Source: Planctomycetota bacterium (GTDB lineage: Bacteria; Planctomycetota; UBA1135; UBA2386). From it: 64,000 nt of DNA. The notes beneath the pieces are model-generated. The model saw nothing but the letters and a program-made list of their open reading frames with translations, was not told the DNA's origin and did no database searches. The stretch lies in NCBI GenBank assembly GCA_965228735.1, contig OZ245838.1, positions 6,656,001 to 6,720,000 on the forward strand, in the 5' to 3' direction. Position numbers and translations under genes: made by a program. Below are positions 51,917 to 61,096 of this stretch, piece after piece (positions within the stretch are counted from its first letter, which is position 1; each line of letters opens with the position of its first letter).

Positions 51917-51945
51917 GGGCCGCGCCGGTATACTGGTCGCCCCGC

Positions 51946-52389
51946 ATGAAGTCGAAACGCCTGCTGCTCGTGTCCCCTCTCCTGTTCGCCGCCTGCGGCG
52001 TGTCGCGACAGTGGCAGGAGGTCGTGACGGCGCCGATGTCCCGCGCGGAGGCCTACGAGGGGCTCGTGTTCGTCGCGACGTCCGACCGCTACGCGCCCGA
52101 CATCGCGGAGTGCGACCGCGGGCTCGGCACGTGGCAGTCGCGCTGGCGCGTCATCACGCGGGAGCGGTTCGCGCTCTACCGCAGCCGGCTCAAGGCCGAG
52201 ATGCTCATCGACGACGGCTCCTCGACCGAAGGCTGGACGATCCGTTACATCGTCGAGCAGCAGCGGGTCAAGGACATGCGCAAGGACCGCGATCCGAAGG
52301 AGAACGACTGGTCGGACGCCGGTCAGGACCGCGAGGCCGAGGCGATCCTCGGCGCGCGGCTGCAGCGCAAGCTGGCGCCCGAGTCGTGA
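51946..52389 (+). CDS. Putative lipoprotein
   Basis: MKSKRLLLVSPLLFAA|C. Confidence 0.8.
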   Translation: MKSKRLLLVSPLLFAACGVSRQWQEVVTAPMSRAEAYEGLVFVATSDRYAPDIAECDRGLGTWQSRWRVITRERFALYRSRLKAEMLIDDGSSTEGWTIRYIVEQQRVKDMRKDRDPKENDWSDAGQDREAEAILGARLQRKLAPES

Positions 52390-52485
52390 GGGAGTGGCTC
52401 GTTTCGACCATGCCACCGACGTCAGAAGGGCGCAGCTGTGGCTACTGGCCCGCGAAGGTCGATTCAGGGATGGGGGAACCCACCG

Positions 52486-53802
52486 ATGCCTGAGCTGTCC
52501 GTCCTGATCGTCAACTACAACACGTGGCGCGAGTGCATCCAGGCGGTGCGGACGCTGCGGCAGAACGGTCCGACGCGCCCCGATGGCTCCCCGATGCCGT
52601 TCGAGTGCATCGTCGTCGACAACAACTCACCCGCGACGGTCCCGGGGCAGCCCGAGAGGCTGCGCGAGGAGCTGCGGGCGCTCGCGGAGGAGCAGGGCGA
52701 TCCGGAGTCGGGCCGCCTGATCATGCACGACGAGAACGGCGGCTACAGCAAGGGCATGAACCTCGCGTTCGCGCACAGCCGTGGCCGTTGGATCCTCGTG
52801 AGCAACCCGGATCTCGTGTTCACGCCGGGGTTGATCGAGAAGCTGCAGCGGCACCTCGAGAACGATCCGAAGGCCGGCATCGTCGTCCCGAAGGGCTTCT
52901 GGGACACCGGCTTCTCCGGGCGGCTGCCGCCGAACACGTTGCCGACGCTGCGCGACCTCGTCGTCACGACGTTCGGCGCGTTCTCACGGCGGCTCAGCCG
53001 TTGGCACGCGCGGCGGCTCGCGCGCAGCTGGCTCCGGGTCTGGGAGGCGAACGAGCCGCAGGCGCTGCCGATGATGTCGGGCTGCCTGTTCCTCGTAGAG
53101 CGGTCGTTCTTCGAGTCGATCGGGCTCTTCGACGAGCGCTACCCGCTCTACTACGAGGACGCGGATCTCTCGGTGAAGATCCGCAAGGCCGGCCGTACGG
53201 TCACCCAGGTTCCCGACGCCGAGCTCGCGCACTTCGTGAACCGCTCCGGCATGAGCGACCCGAAGACGATGTGGGAGCGGCACGACACGAGCCGCGGGTT
53301 GTACTACCGCAAGTGGTACGGCCGGCTCGGCAAGTGGCTGCTCGGGTGGCAGCAGTGGATGTGGTCGACGAAGCGACTCGCGCGTTTCCGCAAGCAGGCG
53401 CCGCACGGCCCCGTGACCGACCTCGGCGAGAGCGCGCTGCGGCCCGTGATCGAGCTGCCGCGGCACTGCGACAAGTTCCTGCTGCTGATGTCGCTGGACC
53501 CGCGCTTCTACCTGTCCGGCGGGATGATCCTCAGCGGGGACCGCTGGACGCCCGACGACGAGATGTGGAGCAACTTCCACTACTCGACGTTCTTCTACAA
53601 GGTCTACGACCTCAGCGACGGCCGGTTCGAGGAGCTCGGGCAGTGGCGCTACAGCAGCCTGTCGCACCTCGGAGAGCTGACCGAAAAGGGGCGACAGTGG
53701 CTGGCCGACCGCGGGCTCGGGGTCGACGGCCAACCTGTCGAGAGCGACGCCGATGACGATGCGCCGAACACGTCGGCAGCGTCGGCCGGAGGGTGTGCAT
53801 GA
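52486..53802 (+). CDS. Glycosyltransferase family 2 with C-terminal extension
   Basis: SVLIVNYN, VVDNNS, NPD, YYEDADL. Confidence 0.92.
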   Translation: MPELSVLIVNYNTWRECIQAVRTLRQNGPTRPDGSPMPFECIVVDNNSPATVPGQPERLREELRALAEEQGDPESGRLIMHDENGGYSKGMNLAFAHSRGRWILVSNPDLVFTPGLIEKLQRHLENDPKAGIVVPKGFWDTGFSGRLPPNTLPTLRDLVVTTFGAFSRRLSRWHARRLARSWLRVWEANEPQALPMMSGCLFLVERSFFESIGLFDERYPLYYEDADLSVKIRKAGRTVTQVPDAELAHFVNRSGMSDPKTMWERHDTSRGLYYRKWYGRLGKWLLGWQQWMWSTKRLARFRKQAPHGPVTDLGESALRPVIELPRHCDKFLLLMSLDPRFYLSGGMILSGDRWTPDDEMWSNFHYSTFFYKVYDLSDGRFEELGQWRYSSLSHLGELTEKGRQWLADRGLGVDGQPVESDADDDAPNTSAASAGGCA

Positions 53803-54734
53803 CGGACGGCGCGCCGGTCCTGTCGGTCGTCGTGCTCAGCTGGAACACGAAGGCGCTGACGCTCGCGTGTCTGCGTGCGCTGCACGACGAGTCGCCGGCA
53901 CCCCGACACGCGCGCGAGGTCATCGTCGTCGACAACGGCAGCGAGGACGGTTCGCCGGACGCGATCGCGAGCGAGTTCCCGGACGTGCGGCTCCTGCGGA
54001 ACCCCGACAACCGGCTCTACGCGGCGGCCAACAACCAGGGGGCCGCGATCGCGACCGGCGAGTTCGTCTGCACGCTCAACTCCGACACCGAGGTGCGCGC
54101 GGGCGCGCTCGATGCGCTCGTCGACTTCCTGCGCGAGAACGCGGACTACGGCGCGGCGGCGCCCAGGCTCGTCGATCCCGACGGCACAGTGCAGCACGCG
54201 TGTCAGCGCTTTCCGACGCTGCTCACCGCGCTGTGTTTCGACTCGTGGTGGGGGACGTTCTGGCCCGGCAAGGGGATCCAGGACCGGTACCTGATGCGCG
54301 ACTTCGACCACCTCGGTTCGTGCGACGTCGATCAGCCGCCGGGGGCGTGCTTCCTCATGCGGCGCGCGGAGTGGGCGGAGCTCGGCGGCCTCGACGAGGA
54401 CCTGAGCCTGTTCTACAACGACGTCGACCTCAGCAAGCGGCTCCGTGATCGCGGGCGCAAGACGCGCTACGTCGCGGACGTCGAGGTGATGCACCACCGC
54501 GGCGCGTCGACGAAGAACTTCGCGCGCATGCTCGTGATCTGGCACAAGAACCGCTTCGCGTACTACGGCAAGCACTACGGGCTCGTAGGGCGGCTCTGGA
54601 TCCGCGTTTGCGTGCGACTGCGGATCTGGGAGGAGTGGTGGAAGATCGGTCGGCGTCACAAGCGTGATGTGGGGCTGCGGCGCGCCGAGCGCGCGCACCT
54701 GAAGAAGGCGACCGCGGAGCTCTGGTCGTCGTGA
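53799..54734 (+). CDS. Glycosyltransferase family 2
   Basis: VVDNGSEDG, LNSD, FYNDVDL. Confidence 0.93.
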   Translation: MTDGAPVLSVVVLSWNTKALTLACLRALHDESPAPRHAREVIVVDNGSEDGSPDAIASEFPDVRLLRNPDNRLYAAANNQGAAIATGEFVCTLNSDTEVRAGALDALVDFLRENADYGAAAPRLVDPDGTVQHACQRFPTLLTALCFDSWWGTFWPGKGIQDRYLMRDFDHLGSCDVDQPPGACFLMRRAEWAELGGLDEDLSLFYNDVDLSKRLRDRGRKTRYVADVEVMHHRGASTKNFARMLVIWHKNRFAYYGKHYGLVGRLWIRVCVRLRIWEEWWKIGRRHKRDVGLRRAERAHLKKATAELWSS

Positions 54735-55936
54735 AGGTCTGCTTCCTCACGAGCAACCACCTGCCCGAGGCGCGCGGCGGCACGGAGCAGGTCGTGCACG
54801 CGTTGGAGATGGCGTTCGGCGACCAGGGCGTCGAGGTCGTCGCGATCACGAGCAGCGACGTGCCGCACCGGGGCACCGACGTCGCCGAGGAGACGTTCGA
54901 AGGCGTGCGGATCCGCCGCGTCTTCAAGCTCGCCGACGAGTGGGATCACCAGGGGTTCGTTCGCCCGCGCATCCTCGACCTCGTGCGCGGACTGCTCGTC
55001 GAGGAGGATCCCGACGTCGTGCACATCCACTCCACGGCGGCGCTCGGCACGGGTTGCGCGGCGATCGCGACGGAGCTCGGCGTTCCGGTCGTCATGACGT
55101 TCCACGATCTCTGGGTCACGTGCGCGCGCTACTTCCGGTTGCCGGTCGGTGGTGTGACGTGTCCGACGGGCACGGCTCGCGAGCCGTGCCTCACGTGCAT
55201 CGACAGCGAACTCGGGGTCGGCCACGCGCACGTCGCGCAGGCGCTGAGGGAACGCGATGAACGGATTCGGGCCGACGTCGCGCACGCCCGGATCTACACG
55301 GCGCCGAGCCACACGACGGCACGAACCGTCCGCGAGTGCCTGCCCCTCGATCGCGCGATCGAGGTCGTGCCGCACGGTTTGCTGCGGGCCGTGCCCGCGG
55401 ACGATCGGGCGACCGGGCCGCGCGCGGGAGCGCCGCTGCGGGTCGGGACGTTCGGTGGGCTCGGAGCAGAGAAAGGTCTGCTCGAGCTCGTCGCCGCCGT
55501 GGCCGGGCTGCCGTGCGAGCTGCACCTCGCGGGGCGCCATTACGGGCAGCAGATCAGCGATGCCGTGGCCGAACTCAAACGTGCGGGAACGACCGTGGTG
55601 AACACGCTCGAATACGGGCCGCTCGACCCGCATCCGGCGCGTTCGTTGGATCTCGCGGTGTTCCCGTCCAAGTGCCAGGAGACCTACGGCCTGGTCGTCG
55701 ACGAGGCCCTCGCGCATGGCGTGCCGTGCGTCGTGTCGGATCGAGGCGCGCTCGCGGAGCGCGCGCACCAGCCGGGCGTCGTCGTCTCGCCGCTCGCAAA
55801 TCTGCGCACCACGCTGCACGATCTCGTCCACGACCCGGAACGTCTCGCCGGGCTCCGAGCCGCGATTCCGAGCGCGCTGCCGAGCGTGCGGGATGCTGCC
55901 GCGCGTTACCTCGACCTCTACCGGCGTCTGTCATGA
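54731..55936 (+). CDS. Glycosyltransferase family 4
   Basis: GGTE, TFHDLW, EKG, ETYGLVVDEA. Confidence 0.92.
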   Translation: MKVCFLTSNHLPEARGGTEQVVHALEMAFGDQGVEVVAITSSDVPHRGTDVAEETFEGVRIRRVFKLADEWDHQGFVRPRILDLVRGLLVEEDPDVVHIHSTAALGTGCAAIATELGVPVVMTFHDLWVTCARYFRLPVGGVTCPTGTAREPCLTCIDSELGVGHAHVAQALRERDERIRADVAHARIYTAPSHTTARTVRECLPLDRAIEVVPHGLLRAVPADDRATGPRAGAPLRVGTFGGLGAEKGLLELVAAVAGLPCELHLAGRHYGQQISDAVAELKRAGTTVVNTLEYGPLDPHPARSLDLAVFPSKCQETYGLVVDEALAHGVPCVVSDRGALAERAHQPGVVVSPLANLRTTLHDLVHDPERLAGLRAAIPSALPSVRDAAARYLDLYRRLS

Positions 55937-56667
55937 ATCACCTCTTCACCCCGCTGTTGCCGAAGGACGCGCTGGAGCCGCCCGTCCTCGTGCTCGCGGC
56001 GCACCCCGACGACGAGGTGATCGGCGCCGGGGCGATGCTTGCGTGGCACGCGCAGCAGGGCCACGCCGTGACCGTGGTGCACATCACCGACGGCGCCGGG
56101 GGCGATCCCGGCGCGCGCGAGGCCGGCGACATCCGTGACGTGCGGCGGGCGGAGGGCGCGGAGGCGCTGCGGCGCCTCGGGCTCGGCGCGCCGCGGCACT
56201 GGGATCTGCCGGATGGGCAACTGCCGGAGCACCTCGACGATCTCACCGCGCGGTTGCGCGAGCTGTTCGCCGAGGTGCAGCCCGCGACGCTGTACTCGTT
56301 CTGGTTCGGCGAAGCCCATCGCGATCACCGCGCGGTCGCTCGCGCGACAGCGGTCGCGAGCGCTGCGCTGCCGGCGGAGTGCCGGTGCCTGCTCTACGGC
56401 GTCAACCACGTCGTGCCGGGCGGCGCTTTGTTCGACACGAGCGCGACCTACCCGGCGAAATACGAAGCGCTCAAGGCCTACGTCTCGCAGAACGCCTACA
56501 TCGATCTGCCCGGCATGAGCGAGCACCGCGATCGCGCCGCGACCGTCAATCTCGACATCGGCGGAGTGATGTACGGCGAGATGTTCGCCGACCTCCGATC
56601 GGGCGATCTGCCGCGCGCGAGCGAGCTGGCCGTCGACCTGCATCGCATGTTGCTGAGGGATTCGTGA
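55933..56667 (+). CDS. PIG-L / LmbE family deacetylase
   Basis: AHPDDEVIG, HRDH, YVSQ. Confidence 0.93.
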   Translation: MNHLFTPLLPKDALEPPVLVLAAHPDDEVIGAGAMLAWHAQQGHAVTVVHITDGAGGDPGAREAGDIRDVRRAEGAEALRRLGLGAPRHWDLPDGQLPEHLDDLTARLRELFAEVQPATLYSFWFGEAHRDHRAVARATAVASAALPAECRCLLYGVNHVVPGGALFDTSATYPAKYEALKAYVSQNAYIDLPGMSEHRDRAATVNLDIGGVMYGEMFADLRSGDLPRASELAVDLHRMLLRDS

Positions 56668-57602
56668 GCAGCAGTGGCAACACGGCGCCGACCGTCTCGC
56701 TCGTAATCTCGGTCTGGAATCGCAAGGACGACCTGCGCGAGAACCTGCAGGCCATCGCGCGGCAGACCCGACCGGCGGAGCAGGTCATCGTCGTCGACAA
56801 CGACAGCACGGACGGCACGCCGGAGATGGTGCTCGGTGAGTTCCCGGACGTGCAGCTGATCCGGATGCCGCACAGCAACTACGGCGCATGCGAGACGTTC
56901 AACGTCGGGTTCTCGAGCGCCCGCGGCGACTTCGTTGGGATCCTCGACGACGACGTCGTGTTGCCGGCGACGTTCGTGCAGCAGATGGTCGACAAGTTCG
57001 CGGCGGAGCCGGAGACGACCGCGATCCTGTCGCCGAAGGTCATCGAGCCCGAGATGCCCGAGTGGTACAAGGACTCGCCGGCGGTCAACACGGAGCGCTA
57101 CCTCGCGACGTTTCGCGGCTGCGGTTCGATGGCGCGCGCCGAGGCGATCCGCAAGGCGCGGTGGTACGACATCCGCTTCTTCATCTTCGGCAACGAACGC
57201 GACCTCACGACCCGTCTGCTCAACCTCGGCTATCGCGTGAAGATGTTTCCCGCGGTCGAGGTGTTTCACAAAGCGCCGTTCGGCATGCGCCACGGCAAGC
57301 GCAGCCTCTACTACCACGTGCGGAACTTCTGGCTCTACGCCTACAAGTACCTGCCGTGGAGCCAGGTGCTCGGCTTTCCGTTCCGGTTCTTGCGGAAGGG
57401 CCTCGGCGGCAAGAAGAAGCAACAGGGCGGCGAGGTCGCGGACGCGGTCGGGACGATCGGCCTGTTCGACAACATCAAGGGCGTGAAGGGCGGCTATTGG
57501 ATCTGCCTGAAGGCCACGCTCGCGTCGTTGTGGCATCTGCCCTACTGCCTCCGGCAGCGGCACGTTTGCACGCACGAGGACTTCGAGCCGCCGCTGAAGT
57601 AG
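56664..57602 (+). CDS. Glycosyltransferase family 2
   Basis: VVDNDSTDG, LDDD; GTGA overlap with the upstream gene. Confidence 0.92.
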   Translation: MSSSGNTAPTVSLVISVWNRKDDLRENLQAIARQTRPAEQVIVVDNDSTDGTPEMVLGEFPDVQLIRMPHSNYGACETFNVGFSSARGDFVGILDDDVVLPATFVQQMVDKFAAEPETTAILSPKVIEPEMPEWYKDSPAVNTERYLATFRGCGSMARAEAIRKARWYDIRFFIFGNERDLTTRLLNLGYRVKMFPAVEVFHKAPFGMRHGKRSLYYHVRNFWLYAYKYLPWSQVLGFPFRFLRKGLGGKKKQQGGEVADAVGTIGLFDNIKGVKGGYWICLKATLASLWHLPYCLRQRHVCTHEDFEPPLK

Positions 57603-57618
57603 GCGCCGCATTCGCCCC

Positions 57619-58719
57619 GTGACCGTCAGCCCCTCGACCGAACTGAGCGCGATCGTCGTCAACTGGAACGGCGCGGAGTACCTGGCTGGGTGCGTCGATG
57701 CGCTGCTCGCGCAGGAGCCGCCGCCCGCCGAGATCCTCGTCGTCGACAATCACAGCACGGACGGCTCGCGCGAGCTCCTCGCCGAGCGCTATCCCGCGGC
57801 CGAGTTCCCGACCGTGCGCGTGATCGACAGCGGGAGGAACGGCGGGCCGTGCTTCGCGCGCAACGTCGGCATGCTTGCGGCGCAGAACGAGCTGTGCCTG
57901 CTCATCGACAACGACGTCATCCTGCGGCCGGGTGCGCTCGCCGAGCTGCGGCGCTGTCTCGAGAGTGACCCGCGTTGCGCGATGGTGCAGGCGCGTTCGG
58001 TGTGCGGCGACGATGAGTCGGTCGTGCATTACGACGGCGGTGATCTGCACTTCCTCGGCACGCTCGTTCTGCACAACTGGTATCGGCCGCTCAGTGAGGC
58101 CGCGGACCACGACGGGCCCGTCGGCGCGGCTGTGGCGCTCTGCTTCCTCACGCGGAAGAGCGCCTACCACGAGATCGGTGGCTTCGACGAGAACCTGTTC
58201 ATCCTCTACGAGGACAACGAGTTCTCCTACAAGCTGCGGATGCGCGGCTACACGATCCGGCTGTGCGCCGCCGCCGTCTGCGTGCACCTCGCGGGGACGG
58301 CGGATCTGTCCATTCGGGGTGCTGGGGCCGGGGCGCGGTATCCCGGGCGACGCACCTATCTGCACAGCAAGAACCGTTGGTACGTGCTGCTGACCTGCAT
58401 GCGTTGGCGCACGCTGCTCCTCACGATCCCGGCCCAGCTCGTCTACGGTGCGGTGTATGCGGCCTTCGGGCATCAGCGTGGGCACGTGTCCGATTGGTGG
58501 CGCGGCAAGTGGGAGCTGTTCAAGTTGCTGCCGGCGGCCGTGCGCGCGCGGTCGGCGGCGCAGCGCGGTCGCACCGTGCCGGATCGTGAGCTGCTCACGA
58601 GCGCGGCGATGACGCTCAACCCGGGGCTCGCGGAGCGCGGGTTCAAGGGCTGGCTGAGGCGCAGTCTGGATCGGTTCTTCGCGGGTTACTGGCGGCTGCT
58701 GCGAGGGCTGTGTGGCTGA
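57619..58719 (+). CDS. Glycosyltransferase family 2
   Basis: IVVNWNG, VVDNHSTDG, IDND, GGFDE...YED. Confidence 0.92.
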   Translation: MTVSPSTELSAIVVNWNGAEYLAGCVDALLAQEPPPAEILVVDNHSTDGSRELLAERYPAAEFPTVRVIDSGRNGGPCFARNVGMLAAQNELCLLIDNDVILRPGALAELRRCLESDPRCAMVQARSVCGDDESVVHYDGGDLHFLGTLVLHNWYRPLSEAADHDGPVGAAVALCFLTRKSAYHEIGGFDENLFILYEDNEFSYKLRMRGYTIRLCAAAVCVHLAGTADLSIRGAGAGARYPGRRTYLHSKNRWYVLLTCMRWRTLLLTIPAQLVYGAVYAAFGHQRGHVSDWWRGKWELFKLLPAAVRARSAAQRGRTVPDRELLTSAAMTLNPGLAERGFKGWLRRSLDRFFAGYWRLLRGLCG

Positions 58720-59653
58720 GCGCACGCGCGGGTCCGGCGGCGAGGTCGCTGTCCTGCTGCTGAACTTCCGGCGGCCGGAGCTCACGCTGCGTTGCCTGGA
58801 CGATCTGCTCGCGGTCGTTGGGGTCGAGCTCGCCTTGCTGGTGATCGACAACGGTTCGGGCGACGGCAGCGCGGAGCAGCTGCGCCAAGGAATCGCCGAG
58901 CGGGCGGGTGCGAGTGACGCGACGATCGAACTGCTCGAGCTCAGAAGCAACCTCGGCTTCGCCGGCGGCATGAACCGCGGCATCGCGTGGGCCGGCGAAC
59001 GGGGGCTGCCGTTCTGCCTCGTGCTCAACAACGACGTGCGCGTGCCCGCGGCCGCGATCGCGCCGCTTCGCGACGTCTTGCAGAACGATCCGCGCGTCGT
59101 GGCCGTCGGCCCGACGATGGTCACGCCCGACGGTCGCGTGTGGGCGGAGGGCGGCCGCACCCGCTTCGGGCCGAACGCGCTGACGCTGCGGCACCAGGGG
59201 GCCGAGCCGCGGCCACGAGAGCACGGGCCGGAGGCGGTCGAGTTCCTGCCCTGCGCGTGCGTGCTCTTTCGGACCGCGGCGCTGCAGGCCGTCGGCGGGT
59301 TCGACGAGCGCTACTTCATGTACTGGGAAGACGTCGATCTCTGCACGCGCCTGCGCGAGCGCGGCGGTCGCATCGTCTGGCTGCCCTGGACCCGCATCGA
59401 ACACGACAGCGGCGGCTCCAGCGGCGGCGGCAGATCCCGGCTCCGCAAGTTCCTCATGGCGCGCTACGCCGTGCGCTACCTGCGCGACCACGGCCGCCCG
59501 TCGACGTGGGCCGGCTGGCTGCTCTTCGACATCCTGCTCTGGCCCCTGACCCTCGTCACCAACCCGACCACCGCGATCGCCAAACTCCGCGGCACGTTCG
59601 CCGGCCTGACCGACCGAACGATCACGAGCAAGGACATCGACGCCTGGCAGTGA
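58712..59653 (+). CDS. Glycosyltransferase family 2
   Basis: IDNGSGDG, NLGFAGGMN, LNND, FDERYFMYWEDVDL. Confidence 0.93.
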   Translation: MAERTRGSGGEVAVLLLNFRRPELTLRCLDDLLAVVGVELALLVIDNGSGDGSAEQLRQGIAERAGASDATIELLELRSNLGFAGGMNRGIAWAGERGLPFCLVLNNDVRVPAAAIAPLRDVLQNDPRVVAVGPTMVTPDGRVWAEGGRTRFGPNALTLRHQGAEPRPREHGPEAVEFLPCACVLFRTAALQAVGGFDERYFMYWEDVDLCTRLRERGGRIVWLPWTRIEHDSGGSSGGGRSRLRKFLMARYAVRYLRDHGRPSTWAGWLLFDILLWPLTLVTNPTTAIAKLRGTFAGLTDRTITSKDIDAWQ

Positions 59654-59672
59654 CACCGCCGCCCCTTGATCG

Positions 59673-59756
59673 GGGCCCCGTACGGAACCTGGTTCGTTCT
59701 GCCGACGTCGTCAACCGGGCCCCGTACGGAACCTGGTTCGTTCTGCCGACGTCGTC
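59673..59756 (+). repeat. Two identical 40-bp direct repeats (period 44) containing the 28-bp core
   Basis: GGGCCCCGTACGGAACCTGGTTCGTTCTGCCGACGTCGTC at 59673-59712 and 59717-59756. Confidence 0.97.
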
Positions 59757-59891
59757 GACACTCCCGTCTGGGCTTTGTGTGCCCGGCTGAGTTCGAGGAC
59801 AACTTCCATGCTGCAGGAGCAGCGTAACCTGGCTGTCCACTCCGCCGGGGGAAGGTCAGGTTGATCGCGGGGAGAGAAGCGCGGCGCGGAG

Positions 59892-59930
59892 GTCGGCATG
59901 CCAGCACGAACCGCGTACCGTACGCCGGGT
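59892..59930 (-). repeat. Degenerate inverted copy of the repeat upstream of the transposase
   Basis: GTCGGCA...ACGAACCGCGTACCGTACGCCGGGT. Confidence 0.8.
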
Positions 59931-59990
59931 CACGTCGGGATTTGCGTGTGATCTCAGGGTCTGCGTTCCACTTGGGGAGGAGGTGACCTC

Positions 59991-61019
59991 ATGGTGCGAA
60001 AGCCGCGAGCGGATGGGCCCGGCAAGTGGTTTCACGTGGTGAACCGAGGCGTTTCCCGGCGCTCGGTCTTCGAGAACAGGGCAGATGTAGAGTTCTTCCT
60101 GGACGGTGTTCGCGATGTCGTTGAGCGCGGTTGGCTCGAGGTGCACGCCTATGCGGTGCTGACGACCCACTATCACTTTCTCGTCCGCAGTCCGGCTGCG
60201 GAGCTGTCTCGGGCGATGCATCACGTTCAGCTGCGCTACGTCCGATACTTCAATAGGACCCGTCGGCGGGACGGGTCTCTGCTGCGCGGCCGGTTTGGCT
60301 CGAAGCACGTGGACTCGGTTCGCTACCGGCTTGCCGTCGTCGGCTACATCGACACCAACGCGCCCGCGGCGGGCCTCGCGCGGTGTGCGTCCGACTATCC
60401 GTTCGGTAGCGCAGCCGCATACCTGTCGGGTGGCGGTCCGGAATGGCTCTGCCGTGACTGGGTCCACGACGAACTCCGGCTCTGCACAGGCGAGGTCGCA
60501 CCGTCGGGAACAGCGTATGCAGATGTGTTCGCGCGTGGGTTCACGGATGCCCAGCGCGCGATCGTGGAGCGCCGGTTGGCGTTGCCGGACGCGGCGAATG
60601 ATCCGATCGACGAACTGATGCGGGGTGGAGCACTGGCGCTTCGCGAGTGGTTTCACAAGAAGGCCCTGCTGGCTGACGGCACCAAACCGGGACTTCCGAT
60701 CGCGGCACCCGAAGAGATCCAGCGAGCGCTGGCCGTCGAGTTGCCGGCAGCGATCGAGCCGGTCGTGAAGCACCTCCGGCAGGGCTCCGCCGATTGGCGC
60801 GCGGCGCTCACAGCGCTGCTTCTGCGTGAGGCATGCGGACTGACGCAGGCGGAGATTGGCGAGCGGCTCGGACGGTCGCGGGAGACCGCCAGGAGTCTGG
60901 TTGCCCGAGCGCGTCGGGTGGCGGCCGAGCACCCTGCGATCGGCGACTTCGCCGCGGCGGCTATCCATCGCGCGTTGGCTGCGACGTTCCCGCCACCAGG
61001 ACACACTTCGGCAGACTGA
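59991..61019 (+). CDS. REP-associated tyrosine (Y1/HUH) transposase with C-terminal HTH
   Basis: WFHVVNRG, HAYAVLTTHYHFL (HUH), YFNR...GRF, GYIDTNA (catalytic Tyr), DYPFGS; HTH GLTQAEIGERLGRSRET. Confidence 0.92.
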   Translation: MVRKPRADGPGKWFHVVNRGVSRRSVFENRADVEFFLDGVRDVVERGWLEVHAYAVLTTHYHFLVRSPAAELSRAMHHVQLRYVRYFNRTRRRDGSLLRGRFGSKHVDSVRYRLAVVGYIDTNAPAAGLARCASDYPFGSAAAYLSGGGPEWLCRDWVHDELRLCTGEVAPSGTAYADVFARGFTDAQRAIVERRLALPDAANDPIDELMRGGALALREWFHKKALLADGTKPGLPIAAPEEIQRALAVELPAAIEPVVKHLRQGSADWRAALTALLLREACGLTQAEIGERLGRSRETARSLVARARRVAAEHPAIGDFAAAAIHRALAATFPPPGHTSAD

Positions 61020-61054
61020 ACCAGGTACCGTACGGCCAAGGTACCGTACGGCCA
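61008..61054 (-). repeat. Inverted 28-bp repeat overlapping the transposase stop, plus 16-bp tandem duplication
   Basis: 61008-61035 reverse complement matches 59678-59705 at 25/28; AGGTACCGTACGGCCA at 61023-61038 and 61039-61054. Confidence 0.93.
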
Positions 61055-61096
61055 CAGCCGGGTTCAGTACCGCCATGATCGGACGGCTTGCAGCCG

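Larger units (their letters stand above)
59673..61074 (+). mobile_element. REPtron-like locus: RAYT-type transposase with flanking repeats
   Basis: Y1 transposase bracketed by inverted copies of one repeat; codon usage and strong SD differ from neighbouring genes. Confidence 0.85.

Noticed and set aside
59673..59756. 40-bp direct repeats as a CRISPR array
   Set aside because: Only two copies, a 4-nt spacer and no cas genes; explained by the transposase repeat family.
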